Positions 36,412 through 50,200 of a stretch of 64,000 nt of DNA are shown here, one piece after another. How positions within the stretch are numbered: position 1 is the first letter of the stretch; each line of letters opens with the position of its first letter. Source of the stretch: Setoptus koraiensis (Eukaryota > Animalia > Arthropoda); the NCBI GenBank assembly GCA_048013815.1, contig CM106586.1, positions 13,206,001 to 13,270,000 on the forward strand, in the 5' to 3' direction. The notes beneath the pieces are model-generated. The model saw only the letters and a list, made by a program, of their open reading frames with translations. It ran no database searches and was not told where the DNA came from. The translations under genes and the position numbers were made by a program.

Positions 36412-37392
36412 GGGCCGACGAGAGCGATGGCTAACGGTTAACACGTGCCACGGTTGTGTCGCGCGTAGTGGCGGCGGTCGCTGATCATTATCATTGTTGG
36501 CCAGTGAACGAGCGAGCGAATTTGTTTTCGTTGTGAGTCGTTGTGCGCCGCGGTGCGCCGCGTTGTCTCCAGTTGCAGTTAGTTATGTAACTGATAGTTG
36601 TTGTTGTCGTTGCTGTATTAGCCGCATTTGCGGAGCGCCAGCCAGCAGCGACCGAGCCGAACGGCGCTCGAGCGTCTTGCCCGGCTGTCGCGGTTGCTGT
36701 TGTTGTCGCCGTTGTTGCCGCTGTTGTTGCCGCTGTTGTCGCCGTTGTTGCCGCTGTTGTTGCTGTTGTTGTTGCTGTTGTTGCTGCTGTTGTTGCCGCT
36801 GTCATTTATGGTTTCATGACTTCATTACATTTATTCATGCCAGTCACACTGGCGTGCGACTGGCGCGCCGCGCTGCACACTGCGGCCGAGCCGACGTTGC
36901 ACGAGCCGACGCTGCACGAGCCGACGTTGCACGAGCCGAGTACGTGCACAGCACAGAATGAGATGAAATCAGAGTGTCGCTTATCGAGCTTATCATCTCG
37001 ACCGCTCGCCTGCCACTCAATAGCCTATATAACCATCAGCAGCTAGATAACTGGATAACTAGATAGCCGCCAGAGAGCCGCCAGAGAGCCGCCAGAGAGC
37101 CGCAGTCAACGACAGCGCGGCCAACATTGTCGGCATATTCGCCCATGAATAGTCGGTCTTGGCGGCCCGTGTAAGTGTGCCAGTGTCCACTTATCTCTGT
37201 CCACAATCTCACACAATCTTGTTAAACGTATTTCTGCTCACTACGTTACATAATACGCTGTGCGCAATATTATTAGTGTGCGCAATATTATTAGTGTGCG
37301 CGATATTATTGGTGAGCGCGATATTATTGGGGTGTGTGCGCGATATTAGTTATGGCACGTTGCTGCTCCAAATCACGCCCTGTGTGATTTGC

Positions 37393-37429
<37 letters not shown>

Positions 37430-38063
37430 TGCCAGCCATGACTACATAATCATTAGCCGCGATACAAGCCGATACAAGAGATAACTGTTGAGATAACTCG
37501 CTCGCATGGCTCACAATGGGCCCATATGGCACCGCTGGCAGCAAGTGACAGCGAGCACAGCGACACCGGGTGACAAAACGACACGTTGCAAATGAAAAAT
37601 GATTCCGATGGATCATGTTGCCAGTGTCGCGGACCGTTAATTCTATTCTGTTTCGGTTGCTTGATTTAGCTCGCCAGCGGGCCCCTTGCCAGCCTATATC
37701 GGGCCTGCACAGCAGCAACTCGCTCGACAACTGGCACAGCAGCACGACCGCTGGCACGACAACGCATACAACAATTTATACGACAACGAATACGACAACT
37801 TATACGACAACTTGTACGACAACTTATACAGACAACAGTGCAGTGGCGAGATGGCCAGATAAACTGATTGCGAGCACTGCTTTTTACACTCATGCACCGT
37901 CTGTACATGCATTAGTAGTTGCTGTATTAGTGCCACTAGTGGTGGCACATATAGGCTATTCGACAGCGGCGAGCTTGTTATAGGAGCCGCTGGCAATCGA
38001 ACGAGACGACATTAGATTAGATTATGTGATTCGCTGATAGAAATGGCAAGGCAACGCTCGCTG

Positions 38064-38094
<31 letters not shown>

Positions 38095-39191
38095 CTCGAG
38101 CTCGAAGCCAGCCTCAAGTCAGCTGACTGTGACAGTGACAGCCAAAGTTAAAGTGACAGTGGCGAGATAGCAAACACACTAGTGGTTGTTGCTGCTAGTT
38201 GTGGCCTCTCCATACGAACACCAGCAATGTTACCAACGTAACCAACGATATTGCGCAACCATTTGCGTTACGTAACCAGAGGTATTGCGCAACTAACGGC
38301 ATTACGGTATTAAGCAACGGTTGCTGGTTGTTACGTAATACGCAACACGCAATAAGCGCCGTACGTTGGCGCGATGTTTGATTGGCCTTGATAAGATTGA
38401 TGATTGATTGACAATGTGACAGTGAATCGTGCGCCATCGGCGCTGGTCTCGCTCGCGTTGAATCGGCACGTTGCTCGTTAGTCGCTAGCCAAAAGTACAA
38501 ATTGTGGTCGCGCGTTTTCAAGTTTGCAAAATGCTGCTCTTTGCACGCGCTGTTTGCGCCATTTTCCATTTTCCACTCGCCAACAGCAACCCGTGGCAAC
38601 ACGTACACATACTTACATGCGTTTATTATTATTATTAGATGGACGCGTATCCATCGTAGGCTAACGGACCATATAGGGACCCCACTGGCCCCACTGGACG
38701 CACTGGCCCATTAGCCTAGGCACAGCGTGCATCAACTGTCCACTGGCACAATGCCGGTGCCGGTGGCGCAATATTCAATAGCGTTTAGCGCACGGCACAG
38801 CGCACACGGCACAGGTAGGCATAATTGTGCAATATGGCACCGTTACCATTTATAACTACAGCTATTAGCATGTTGGAGCGTGGGAAGGGCCACTCAGGCC
38901 TCTTCCACGCGCGACATGACATAACGGGCGATTGTTGTGACATTATCATTGTTATTATTATTATTATTATTATTATTGCTGCACAGCCGATATCGCGTTA
39001 CAATATCAAGAGCGGAGCCATATTTGTCGCAGTGTGTTGGCTGTCATTGGACCGTCGTGTGCTCCACTTTCATTATGCACTTCACCCGTGTGTCACACAA
39101 GTTGGTACACACAACCGACTTGTGTATTGAATGTATGTATACTGTATGTATTCGGGTTAGTGGATCATACAAGTTGCATCATCTGACATCG

Positions 39192-39247
39192 TCTGACAAC
39201 AAGCGATCTGACAACAAGCGATCTGACAACAAGCGATCTGACAACAA
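39192..39247. repeat. 15-bp tandem repeat, ~4 copies (TCTGACAACAAGCGA)
   Basis: Direct reading. Confidence 0.9.
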
Positions 39248-39448
39248 CATCAAACAGCGACGCACACACAAATATTTGCACACACTCACACCGGCGGCTT
39301 GACCGCACCAGCTCAACCGACTCACCTCAATCAATCAGACCGGGCCGGCTCAATACGAGATAGATCAATTAGCCGCGCTGGTGTCTTGTGACAGCTGACC
39401 TCAATCCGTTGTCGCACAACGGATTGAGCCGGCCACTGGTCAGTTGGT

Positions 39449-39540
39449 GTCCGTTGATGTCCGTTGATGTTTGTTGATGCCGGCCGATGTCAGCTGATGT
39501 CTGCTGATGCCTGCTGATGCCGACCGATGTCAGCTGACGA
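39449..39540. repeat. 10-bp degenerate array, ~9 copies (GTCYGYTGAT-like)
   Basis: Direct reading. Confidence 0.8.
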
Positions 39541-41077
39541 CGCCCAGTCGATGAGGCGACTTTGCTGAGCAACCTTGTGCAACTTTGTTGTGCAACTTTG
39601 TTGTGCAACTTGACCGCCGCAACTCGACCGCCGCAACTCGCACGAAACTCGCCTCGACTGACCGGTGTCCGATTGTGCACAGCGCCACAAGCGGCCAACG
39701 GACTAGACAACATTTGCTGCCATTTGCTGGTTAGTCGTTGTGTCTGGTCACACAGGCTCATTTGTACAGTTGTGGTGCCCGTTGGCAGTGCTGGTTTGTA
39801 CCTCGTCGTGGCGCTGCCCAGTCCCGTGTCGGACAATGTCAATGTCCACTGATAATGTTGTTGTTCATCGCAATGTTTTGACTTTGCCCATCAGCATTGT
39901 TGTTACATAATCACTGGCGCTTGTTCGTGTTCGTGGCTGCTCGCTGATTATTGATTGTGATTGGAATCATTGGAGCAAGCGCACGCAACGGCGACGGCGT
40001 GTGCCACACACAACTTACTTGTTAGCTGAACTAACTGTTCTTGGGGCCCCGTTCTTCGGCGCACTCCGGCCAACAATTCTCGAACGGCAATGATCACGGC
40101 ACACACACACACACTCGCATAAATGACAATGATGAGAAACCAAGAGACTTGATGTTATGTCACTTAGGTTACTCATGTTGTGTGTGTGTGTCGTGTGCGC
40201 CGCCAACGAGCATCTTTGTCATTGTTGTTGGCTGTCTCATTTGCTGGCCGCCTGCAACGGTTGTTGCATCACGCGTGCGTGTGATCAATGTCACTCTTGT
40301 TGTTGTCGCCGGTTGTCGCTGGTTGTCGCTGGTTGTCGCTGGTTGTGGCTGGTTGTTGCTGGCTGTCGCTGGTTGTTGCTGGCCGTTGTTGGCTGTTGTT
40401 GCTGTCGGCGGTGTCAGTGTCAGCGTAGAGTGGCTCGGGAAGGGGTCGCAAACATGATGTAGTAAGAGCAAAAGTATAACAATTTTCCCATCGATTGAAT
40501 TGATGATACTCGCACACGCGCGCATACTCACAGGCCGGCATAAAATCAACACACACAACAATAGGCACGCGCTTTCGAATTTTCCCTCTTGCAACTTCGA
40601 AGCGACCAACGGCTGCTCGGCCAGCGAACGCGTCGCGCGTTCGAATTTGCAACTCGCAACGCACAATTGGAACGTGCAATTCGAACAGCACACGTTGCGC
40701 CAGAAAGAAGCCGAGACAAATCTTGACAATCACTGCTCTGCTGTTATGTCATCGTTCTGTGAAGCGCCATTCAAATGTGAATGGCCACACACTCGCACAC
40801 ACAAATGAAATGAATCAAATGAACAACAACAACGCCGTGATTAGTTACATAACATGTGCGACAATGTGTGCACGAGTTGTGCAATTGTCGTGCCTCGTGC
40901 CTCGTAAATATTGAATACGAGCATGGCCGCTGGAAAAAATTGAATTCAATTGATTCGATTCGAACTGTATTGAATCGAATCGAGCGAGTGATGAGCCCGT
41001 CAGAAGAGAATTGAATCATCACAAATGGACGCTTGATTGGCCCACGCTCTATTGCGACCAACAGACCGTAAGCCCAT

Positions 41078-41118
<41 letters not shown>

Positions 41119-42541
41119 GCATTCACATCAACGGCTTTTGTCATTCAGTTTATTTGCTTGTTAGCAAAGTTGTTGCTGTCAGGTTCCAACTCGCCCCCAA
41201 TTCGTTGGTCACTGCGCTCTATTAGGTGTTGACATGGTGGTTTGCCCACACACACACACGCACACCCTATGAGAAATATAAAGTGACGTAATTTCTCGCA
41301 ATGATTTTCGGGCTGGTTGTTTCAGCGTCGGCCAGCCAGTTAACCCGCTACCCGAGCCAGTTAAAAGTCACACTGTTAAAACGCATCTTGCTCGAAGCGA
41401 CAATCGTCCAATCTATATGGGGCATTGTTGCTGCCGAGGTCGCAAATAACAGGCCACAACATAATAAGTCGATCTAAATTAAAAGCAACAATGAATGACT
41501 GTTTTGTTGAAGACACTGGAAACAATCGTCGCTGCAAAGATCGCCCCTACGCCTATAAGCTCGCCTAATCTCTCGTCTAATTCAAAATTGATTTGCATTT
41601 GATTAACTCGGCTTCGATTTTCTCGCTTTTCCATGCGCCAACAATTTGTATATAGCACACATGTATATGTTTACGTATACATACACATATATATATACAT
41701 GTATTTATATGTGTTGTTGTTGTCTCACAACCAAATCTAAACTGTAATCACCGCCATCATTGGCTCACTCTCACATTTAACACAAAACCATCATGCCACG
41801 ATTTTTTCCAGCTACTACTCAAAGAGCGCTGCTGGTAGCTAGCACCACTAGCTACAACCAGCTTTTATCCACTGGGCGCAAATATAACAACGGAAGTGAC
41901 GTGGTGTGTGCGTGCCTGGACTTACGACAATAACGGTGCACGATTTAAGCTACTACCACTACTACTACTACCACTGAACGTTACAACTACTGTTACTGTG
42001 GCCCAAACAAAGTAGCTTAAGCAGCTACCATATACCACCACCGACACTATTATATCGGAGCCAGCCTATATAATGTAGCTCGCTTATTATTCTTGCTCGC
42101 ACAAGCCTGTCTTCTAATGCTAACGCTAGTTAGTGTTGTTGTTGTTGGCGCAACTGCTGTTGTTGCTATTATCTAGATTAAAGAGTAACGAACAACTCCG
42201 ACGAGCGAATGCTGGCGTTACATTAGTTATCAGAATCCACTTCTTTCACTTGACGCGCCAGGACACACTCCTTTCGAAGCAACTCCTACTGGCATGGGAA
42301 CTTGTGCGTGTGTGTCTAGGGAAAGAAATCTGTAACATAACTGTCGTCTGACGCCAATGCTACATATGATTTGCGGTTATAGTGATACTCGAGATAGCCA
42401 TAATGAGCTTTCAGTTCAGCTTTACTTCCTACAAGGTACGAGCGCCCAACTCAATGTTGTACACGTTATTGTGGAGTTCAATAATGAAAATAAAGAGACT
42501 AGAGGCAAAAGTTATTTAATAAGTCTACTTTTTACTAGCAA

Positions 42542-45500
42542 TCAATACCTCCCAGTGAATCTGTGGAACTTTTCATAGTTAGCATGCATATCTCGGAATA
42601 TTTCTCTACTTGACTGATCCAATCTGGCATGAATCATTTCGAATATAGATCCCTGCGCTCCGCCAGCGTGGGTTTTTCTCTGGTTAGCTTGGGCATTCTG
42701 GCTGGCTTTATATTCCTCTTGGTGAGCGTCAATTTGATTAAATATCCTAAAAATTCCTTCATTCAGATGAAGCCTCACTCGTGGATAGCATGTCACAATT
42801 TGAACGTCTTTTATGTAATTAGAAATTAGATAGGGCGCACATCCAATGAAATCCGTCCGCATCAAGCTCAATTGCGTCATTATTTTGGCAGTGTCCAAAG
42901 CGAGAACCTCAAAACGATGTTCTATCTCTCCAAATTCGGCCTCATTGATGGTTGCTTTAATCTTCTCTAGTTTGAGCCTATCAGAAGCTATCAGTAAACA
43001 ACGAATGAACTCAGTGAAAACAAGGTTGAATGTGGGCATGATATTGAGTGCTGTAACTGATTTCTTCAATAAGCATTCATTCAGGACGGAGTATGTAAGT
43101 GATCCCAAATCCAAGAATTGATTGTAAGCATATTGACTATTTTGAGCGTAGCCCCTGAGATTAGAGAATGATATCATCTGTAGAGAACTAAATGTTAATT
43201 CCTCTTTCAAGATCTTGGATTGGTTTGGGCTCCTAAATAATAACACTAACGATGTGAGACATCTAATGCTAATGCAACATCTTACACTGGTCATGGACTT
43301 GTGTACGCCTGCATCCTTGAAGAGATGTATTGACTGACGGCACTCAGATTGCTTTGCTACTTTTGTTATAGAGGCTATTATTTTTTCAAAATTGTCCGCA
43401 AGAATCTTTGATTTCTCTAAATTGTAGGTAGGAGATGCCAAATAAACTGATTCTAATAGAATTAGCGAACGCACAACCAGGCTATGATCGCTGATATCAC
43501 AATCTAGTATTCTATCAAGAATTTTGTCTAAGCTGTCTTGGAAAGTAGTCGCATCGCAGGTTGAAAAGATCAAGGGTGCCACCTTGAGTAGGATCCTTTT
43601 AATTTCTGGGTAGCAGACTTCTTCAACTTCTGCTATGTGAGTTGTGGTTAAACTCTTCGTCTTTGATAGTTTTGTTTCATCTAAGGCTACCTCTGCAAGC
43701 TCTTTCAACATTTTCTTGGAAATTTTCCTACTACTTTTCTCATCATTAGTCTGGTCGGTTTCTCTAGCGATGGATGAGATTATTGTGTCATGAAGCTGGG
43801 TGATAATCCTCAGTTTCAATGCAGATTCTATCTGAGTCCGATATCTATTGTAAAACTCGATGAGGTCAATAAACTGGTCATCGCATAAATGATGGTTCAC
43901 CTTCTTCTTAGACTTGCGCTTTGCTTGTATACAATAACCGATATTCTTGACAATTGAGTCAAATAGTTTCTGTAGGAAGGCTTCATTTTCTTGAAGAGCC
44001 TGCATATCTTTCTGAATAATAAATAGTTTGATTAGAGACACGGTCGCTCTCGTTAGGATTTTGTCATCGTTGAGAAACAAATTGTCTTGATTGGCGATAA
44101 CTAAATTCTTCAATTTTTGTATGCACGGATTTATAGATAGAAGCAATTCGGGCTTTAGAGATAATTGTATGGAGTTTCTGGATTTTTTGATAGACTTTCT
44201 CGAAGTGCAAGTATTTGTGGATAGTATCTCATTAATCATTATCAATTGTAGATAAGTACCGACAGCTTGATCGAGTTCTTCATTAATTATAAAAGCTACA
44301 TAGTCTGACAGAGTGCCAGAATCGCTTTGAGCACAATTCATATAAGTATTCAAAAACAAGCTCATAAATCTTTCAAATATCAAACATGATTTCGATTCTT
44401 CAAACAATTTTGTGTTGTTGGTAAGACAGTTGATCAACTTGATCAAGTATTGACCTGCAGGTATGAGACGAAAGAAGATAGATACTCCTCTTTGTGGCAA
44501 ATCTTCCATCAATCCGGCCAAATAGCCTAGAATTTGTTCCACTGTGGCCAGTGAAATGAATGGGGAAGAAGAAATCAAAACAATCGAGGCCGCAGTGAAT
44601 ATTCGCAAACGATTAGGCATGATCAAGTATTGATGTTGGGCCAGGCTCTGCACAACATTTATCCAATTAGATATGTAGCTTGTCTGCACTGTTTTAGAAG
44701 TGAGAGATGTGGAGGCTCCATTGCAGGCACTTTGTATTGATGACCAGAAGTCTATAGAATTGAACGATTTATCTGCTTCAGGTCCATCAAGTCGCATGAC
44801 CGATAGGAGTAGTTCTTCAGCAGAAATGTGCTCAAATGTAATTTGCTCAATTATAGCTAATAGTGGGGACGCTTTAGTATCCTCATCGTGCTTCCTCTTA
44901 TTTCGCAAGATGTTGCTTTTTAGGTGGAGCAGAAGGGTAGTCACAAGCTGCGTTTGCATAGATATGTCGGTCTCTAGAAGTGCGTCAGTAACTAGGCACC
45001 TAGAAGGCTCATGTGGAAAGGCAAGGCGATCTTTAACAATTGCTTCAGATATAGTTGGATACAAATTTGAATCTAGGTAGGGCATTATCGCGCAAATAAA
45101 CTGTTCATCCATTCTTATGTTATGTTGGCTGTAGTTTGATTCAACTAACTTGGTGACTATTTCCTTGGCCTTGGTCCTTATCAATGTTAGATGTTGCTGA
45201 TATTGGTCTAAATTTTCTAATATGGCGTAGAATCGCAACTTTTGTAGATACAAGTCAAATGCCGCCATGAATAGTTCAGCATCGTCAGTGTTCTTATAGA
45301 AACAAGTCCGATAGACTCTCTTCCAGCCAGTGTCTGAGGTTACTTGAGTCAGACATGATAGATCATACCATTTTAAGTTATCTATATCCGAGGAATCAAG
45401 CACAGGCTGATCTCCTAATTGATAGGTCAATTGTATTATTTTAATGTTTGCAAAGGCCTTGTAGAGCTTTAACAGGTGTGTCATGTGTTCTGAATCAACT

Positions 45501-45709
45501 AGATCTAAAATACCAGACAAAATAGTTTGCGTATCCTGGATGCGTTTGTTGTATCTTTTCAACAATCTCAATGGTATTAGATTGTCGATGGCCTCGACAT
45601 GATTAAGCAATGTGGTGAATTCTTCGAAAGCCGATGTTGTTGGTTCATTCACAATATTACTATTGCATGCTTTCCATTGAGCTAGGAGATCCTCCGTTAC
45701 TGGGTTCAT
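42542..45709 (-). CDS. URB2: URB2/Npa2 ribosome-biogenesis protein, single exon, 1055 aa
   Basis: Long helical, Leu-rich ORF. The C-terminus (APYLISNYI...VRLHLNEGIFRIF...IHARLDQSSREIFRDMHANYEKFHRFTG) follows the Urb2 C-terminal domain pattern as recalled; not searched. Confidence 0.75.
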   Translation of the reverse strand: MNPVTEDLLAQWKACNSNIVNEPTTSAFEEFTTLLNHVEAIDNLIPLRLLKRYNKRIQDTQTILSGILDLVDSEHMTHLLKLYKAFANIKIIQLTYQLGDQPVLDSSDIDNLKWYDLSCLTQVTSDTGWKRVYRTCFYKNTDDAELFMAAFDLYLQKLRFYAILENLDQYQQHLTLIRTKAKEIVTKLVESNYSQHNIRMDEQFICAIMPYLDSNLYPTISEAIVKDRLAFPHEPSRCLVTDALLETDISMQTQLVTTLLLHLKSNILRNKRKHDEDTKASPLLAIIEQITFEHISAEELLLSVMRLDGPEADKSFNSIDFWSSIQSACNGASTSLTSKTVQTSYISNWINVVQSLAQHQYLIMPNRLRIFTAASIVLISSSPFISLATVEQILGYLAGLMEDLPQRGVSIFFRLIPAGQYLIKLINCLTNNTKLFEESKSCLIFERFMSLFLNTYMNCAQSDSGTLSDYVAFIINEELDQAVGTYLQLIMINEILSTNTCTSRKSIKKSRNSIQLSLKPELLLSINPCIQKLKNLVIANQDNLFLNDDKILTRATVSLIKLFIIQKDMQALQENEAFLQKLFDSIVKNIGYCIQAKRKSKKKVNHHLCDDQFIDLIEFYNRYRTQIESALKLRIITQLHDTIISSIARETDQTNDEKSSRKISKKMLKELAEVALDETKLSKTKSLTTTHIAEVEEVCYPEIKRILLKVAPLIFSTCDATTFQDSLDKILDRILDCDISDHSLVVRSLILLESVYLASPTYNLEKSKILADNFEKIIASITKVAKQSECRQSIHLFKDAGVHKSMTSVRCCISIRCLTSLVLLFRSPNQSKILKEELTFSSLQMISFSNLRGYAQNSQYAYNQFLDLGSLTYSVLNECLLKKSVTALNIMPTFNLVFTEFIRCLLIASDRLKLEKIKATINEAEFGEIEHRFEVLALDTAKIMTQLSLMRTDFIGCAPYLISNYIKDVQIVTCYPRVRLHLNEGIFRIFNQIDAHQEEYKASQNAQANQRKTHAGGAQGSIFEMIHARLDQSSREIFRDMHANYEKFHRFTGRY

Positions 45710-47214
45710 GTTGTATTATATAATGATAACGATCAGTTAAATTAACAATAGTATAAATTAATAATGAGTTAATAATAATTAATAATTGGATAGGGTGATA
45801 TATCTAACTAATAGATGGGCGAAATTCCAATGAGAGCGTACGTTACACAGTGAAAGTAGTCACGTTGGTTTCGTTTTGTCACGCTCGTTTGTCGTCATTC
45901 TCGTGTGCCCCCGTGTGGCTGTGCTCAAAAGCACGCCTTACAATCGAGTGCATTCTTGGGCGCATCGCTGTGCCAAAAATGCACGCATGCCTCTGCTCTG
46001 CACAGCTGTTTGCGTGTAAATCGAATCGGTACGTTGGATCAAAATGAACAACGTGTTCACATTCTACAGTGCTTGCGAGAACAAGCGCCAGGTGGCGCGG
46101 GCAGTATTGCCCCTCAGGGAAAAGCCCGCGAATTCACCTGTTGTCAGATTACCTGTGCCCGGCGAAGTTAAAAAAAATATATATATTTTGAATGGCACTG
46201 GGTGAGATAAAGCGCTCGACAAGCGTGAAACGATGTGACCCTCGTACATGTTGGCTGGCAAAGTAACTGGCTAACAAGTGCAATAAGTATCGGCCTTGTG
46301 CGAATTCACTTTTGAACCGTGCGTGTGGTTTATGTGCGCTAGAGTGTGTGCGCATAAACTAGTTTGCAAATAAACAAGAGCGCCAACTGCACAAGTCACA
46401 TACAAACAATCCGACGGCAATTCTCTGGCAAGCTAGCGCACTTGTTGAGAGACGCAAAGTCAGTTCGACAATTGATTTACCTTCAAACCGGCCGATTCTT
46501 TCTCCGCCTCTCAACGACAACGACAACGACAGCAGCAGCAGCAGCAGTAGCATTATAACAACTGCACTTGTACTGCAATGGAACTGTTTATTTCTGGCAA
46601 GACAGTAGTGACTAAGCAAATGAGGCAAGTTTTTCCTTCGTCGTAATTGCAACTCTTAATGTCGCTCGGCCTTTCTCACCTTGCCTTTTGTTGTGTGTGT
46701 TGAGTGTGCAGCGCCCTCTCACTTGATTGAAATATCACAAGAGCTGGCCAAAAAACCCGATGGAAGTAGGAAGAGAGTGTCTCTGAGTTGAGCTGAGTTA
46801 GCCTGGCTCAGTTGCGCTCCTTATACCACAGCCCACACCAGTAGCCATGAACGATGATAAATTTTGAGAATCGTCGACGTTGGTTGTCGTTCACAGCAGC
46901 AGTAGTAATAGTATTAATAATAATCTAACAACAACAAGTATTGGTCTTGATGAGAGAGAGAGAGAGAGAGAACAAACGACAGAGGGAAATAAGGAGAGCG
47001 AGAGGCACAGCGCTAAATAATCACTGCATGTGATCAAGTACAAGCTCTCTGTCTACACACTGCCAGTGTTGTAGTGCCAGTGAAATGATGCGCATTATGC
47101 CAAGGAATACAACAAGTGTTAGAGAAATGAGAAAGTAAGAATAACACACAATATAATGTAGAGAAGAATTCCAGAAAGAAAAGCTCGAAGATCAAACACC
47201 AGCACTTGTTTTAT

Positions 47215-50200
47215 GTGTACATGTTTGCCAGTGAACAGCAACAACAACAACAACAAGTGCCTGCTGAGGCATCGTCGTGAAGGAAAACATTATTACTAAC
47301 ATCTAGTCTGTGGTGTTAGATCCTCTAAATGAACACACACACACACATTTGCCTGACTAACACATTTGATATGGCGAATTAATAGCACTATCTTTGAGAA
47401 CCAACAGCCATCCAGTGTATCAATGGCATGTCTGTTACTTTCCTAAATCGATTCAATCGGCTGCCAATGGAGGCTCAATAGAAGATTTGTGAGATAGAAA
47501 AAAAAATATGTTTATCTCATTTTGTTGTTGATACACACGCACAAATCATCATCAAATAAATAAGTTATCGCCTCATTGAATCTATCACTCGCTCAGCCCA
47601 ATCAGCCAACAAACGACAAACAATGTATGTGTGTTTGCATGATGACAATTAAGCTCAATAATTTACCCGATAGATAAAATAATTACAACTGATTAAATCT
47701 ATAGTCAATACAGTGATAATACTAATATCAGTAATAATAATAGTAATAATAATAATAAAATCACTCGCGCACAAGCTGACAGATTGCTCTGTATTCATTT
47801 TGGACGCCACTTGTTGAGTGTGCTCATCACTCCCTCTCTCACAATATAAACACAAATACAAATCGTGCACTCTAATGGTGTGTGCACGCATCGCTATTTA
47901 TCAAACTCATCACTATTATTATTAATTATTATTATCATTACTATTATATCAGTGTGTAGTATATCATCATTGAAATTATCATCATTACCATTAATTAATC
48001 GATTAATTATAATGACGATACGACAACAATTTACATTCTATTATTATTAAATTAGCACGGCAGTGTGTTACGCGCCGCGGCAGGAGAAGCAACAAACAAG
48101 CAACAGCAGCATCACAACAAAACAATTATACAATAATAATAATAGTACAATCACATTATACAAGACAATCACACAATGTTTATGATATTGCAAAACTTAT
48201 CTTTTGGAACGTTGATACTTAATTCAACATTACTAGCCTTTAGTGCCTACTTAGTCTCTGGTGGATGGAGATATGTCAAGGTTGTTCTAGTTACGTTGCC
48301 TCGTGATTTAACTGGACTCATTCGCCTCGTTCAAACACATTGGTATTTGTATAAATTAAGGAGACGAAACGCCACAGTACCACAAGCTTTCAAAGACAAT
48401 GTCGAGAAAGAACCCAACAGAATTGTCTTCTTTTATGAGGACCAAAAATGGACGGCCAGAGAAATTGATATTCTCTCTAACAAGGTGGCCAATGCCTTCC
48501 TAGAGCACGGCTTCCAACCCGGCCAAGAAGTCGCTCTATTCATGGATTCAAGGCCAGAATTTGTGGCCATTTGGTTGGGTCTTGCCAAGGCTGGTATTGT
48601 TTCTGCATTGATTAATACTAATCAACGCCTAGATACTCTAGTGCATTCCATAACTGTAGTCAATTGTAAAGCTGTTATATTTGGAACGGAACTAAGCTCA
48701 GCCATTGATGATGTTTATGACAAACTTAAATCGCAATCATCATTAGAATTCTTTCATTTTGGTGACAACAAACAAACCAAAATAGCTCAATCTAAATCGT
48801 TACAACAAATGATTAGCGAAAGCAGTAGCAGTGATCCGGTAAATTTAAGCCTTGGCAACTTTAGTGGTAAGTCCCAGTAGCAACATCTATTGCCTTTGCA
48901 CACAAAAGCCTCTTGTATTACTCATTATGCAAACAAGTTGCTAACTGCTTTCTATTTCCTTCCTATCGCCTATTGTTGCTTACTATTTTTAAACTGTTCA
49001 ACAATGTAGACCGATTGTTTTATATTTATACTTCTGGCACGACTGGTCTGCCCAAGGCCGCTATAATCAAGCACAGTCGCTACATGTTTGTTGGAGCGGG
49101 CCTAAGAAACTTAATGGGTCTCAGCAGAGAAACTATTTACACCAGTATACCATTGTACCATTTAGCGGGTGGAACTATGGGAACCAGCCAATGTTTATTA
49201 TTTGATAGCAGTATGGTCATTAAAAAACGATTTTCCGCATCTCAATTTTGGTCAGATTGTATCAAATACAATGCCACAGCTGCTCAATATATTGGAGAAT
49301 TGTGCCGTTATTTATTATCACAACCGCCACGGCCCGAGGATAATCAACACAAAGTCAGAATGATGTTTGGTAATGGTTTAAGACAACAGATTTGGTCAGA
49401 GTTTAAGAATAGATTTAACGTTAAGCAAATAGGAGAATTTTACGGTTCGACAGAGGGCAATGCAAATATTGTTAACTTTGATAATACTCCTGGAGCGTGC
49501 GGATTTGTATCGCGAATATTGCCAATAGTTTATCCAGTAACTCTCATTAAGTGCAATCCATTGACGGGTGAAGCAATCAGAAATGAGAAAGGAGTTTGTA
49601 TCAAATGTGGACCTGGAGAGACAGGCGAGTTTGTTGGTAAGATTATTGAAGGTGACCCGACGCGATCATTTGATGGTTATGTCAACAAGGAGGCAACAAA
49701 CAAGAAAATCGTTCGCGATGTCTTCTGGAAGGGCGACATGGCCTTCTCATCCGGTGATCTCCTAGAAATGGACGAGTATGGTTATGTTTATTTCAAAGAT
49801 AGAACTGGTGATACTTATAGATGGAAGGGTGAAAATGTCTCTACTATGGAAGTGGAGGGTATTATTAGTGAATTGCTCAAGCAACAAGATTGTGTTGTGT
49901 ATGGAGTTGAGGTGCCAAATTGCGAAGGAAAGGCAGGTATGTTGGCTATTGCAGATAAGCATGCCGATCTGAAGAAACTAATCAACGATATGCGCCAAAG
50001 ATTAGCACCGTTCGCCATTCCAGTTTTCATCAGAGTAGTAGACGAAATTGAAGCTACGGGAACATTCAAACTACCAAAAGTAGGATTACAGCAACAGGGT
50101 TACAACATAAATAAGATCGACGATCCAATTTATCTAGTTGATTTGAAGAAAAATGATTGCATTAGAGTGACACAACAAGTTTATGATGACATCACTAGCG

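Noticed and set aside
46117-46127. GGGAAAAGCCC Dorsal-like site upstream of URB2/FATP
   Set aside because: Isolated imperfect site with no cluster to support it.
46191-46212. AATGGCACTGG matching the 5' end of miR-263/183
   Set aside because: The match stops after 11 nt, and no complementary 3' arm exists for a pre-miRNA hairpin.
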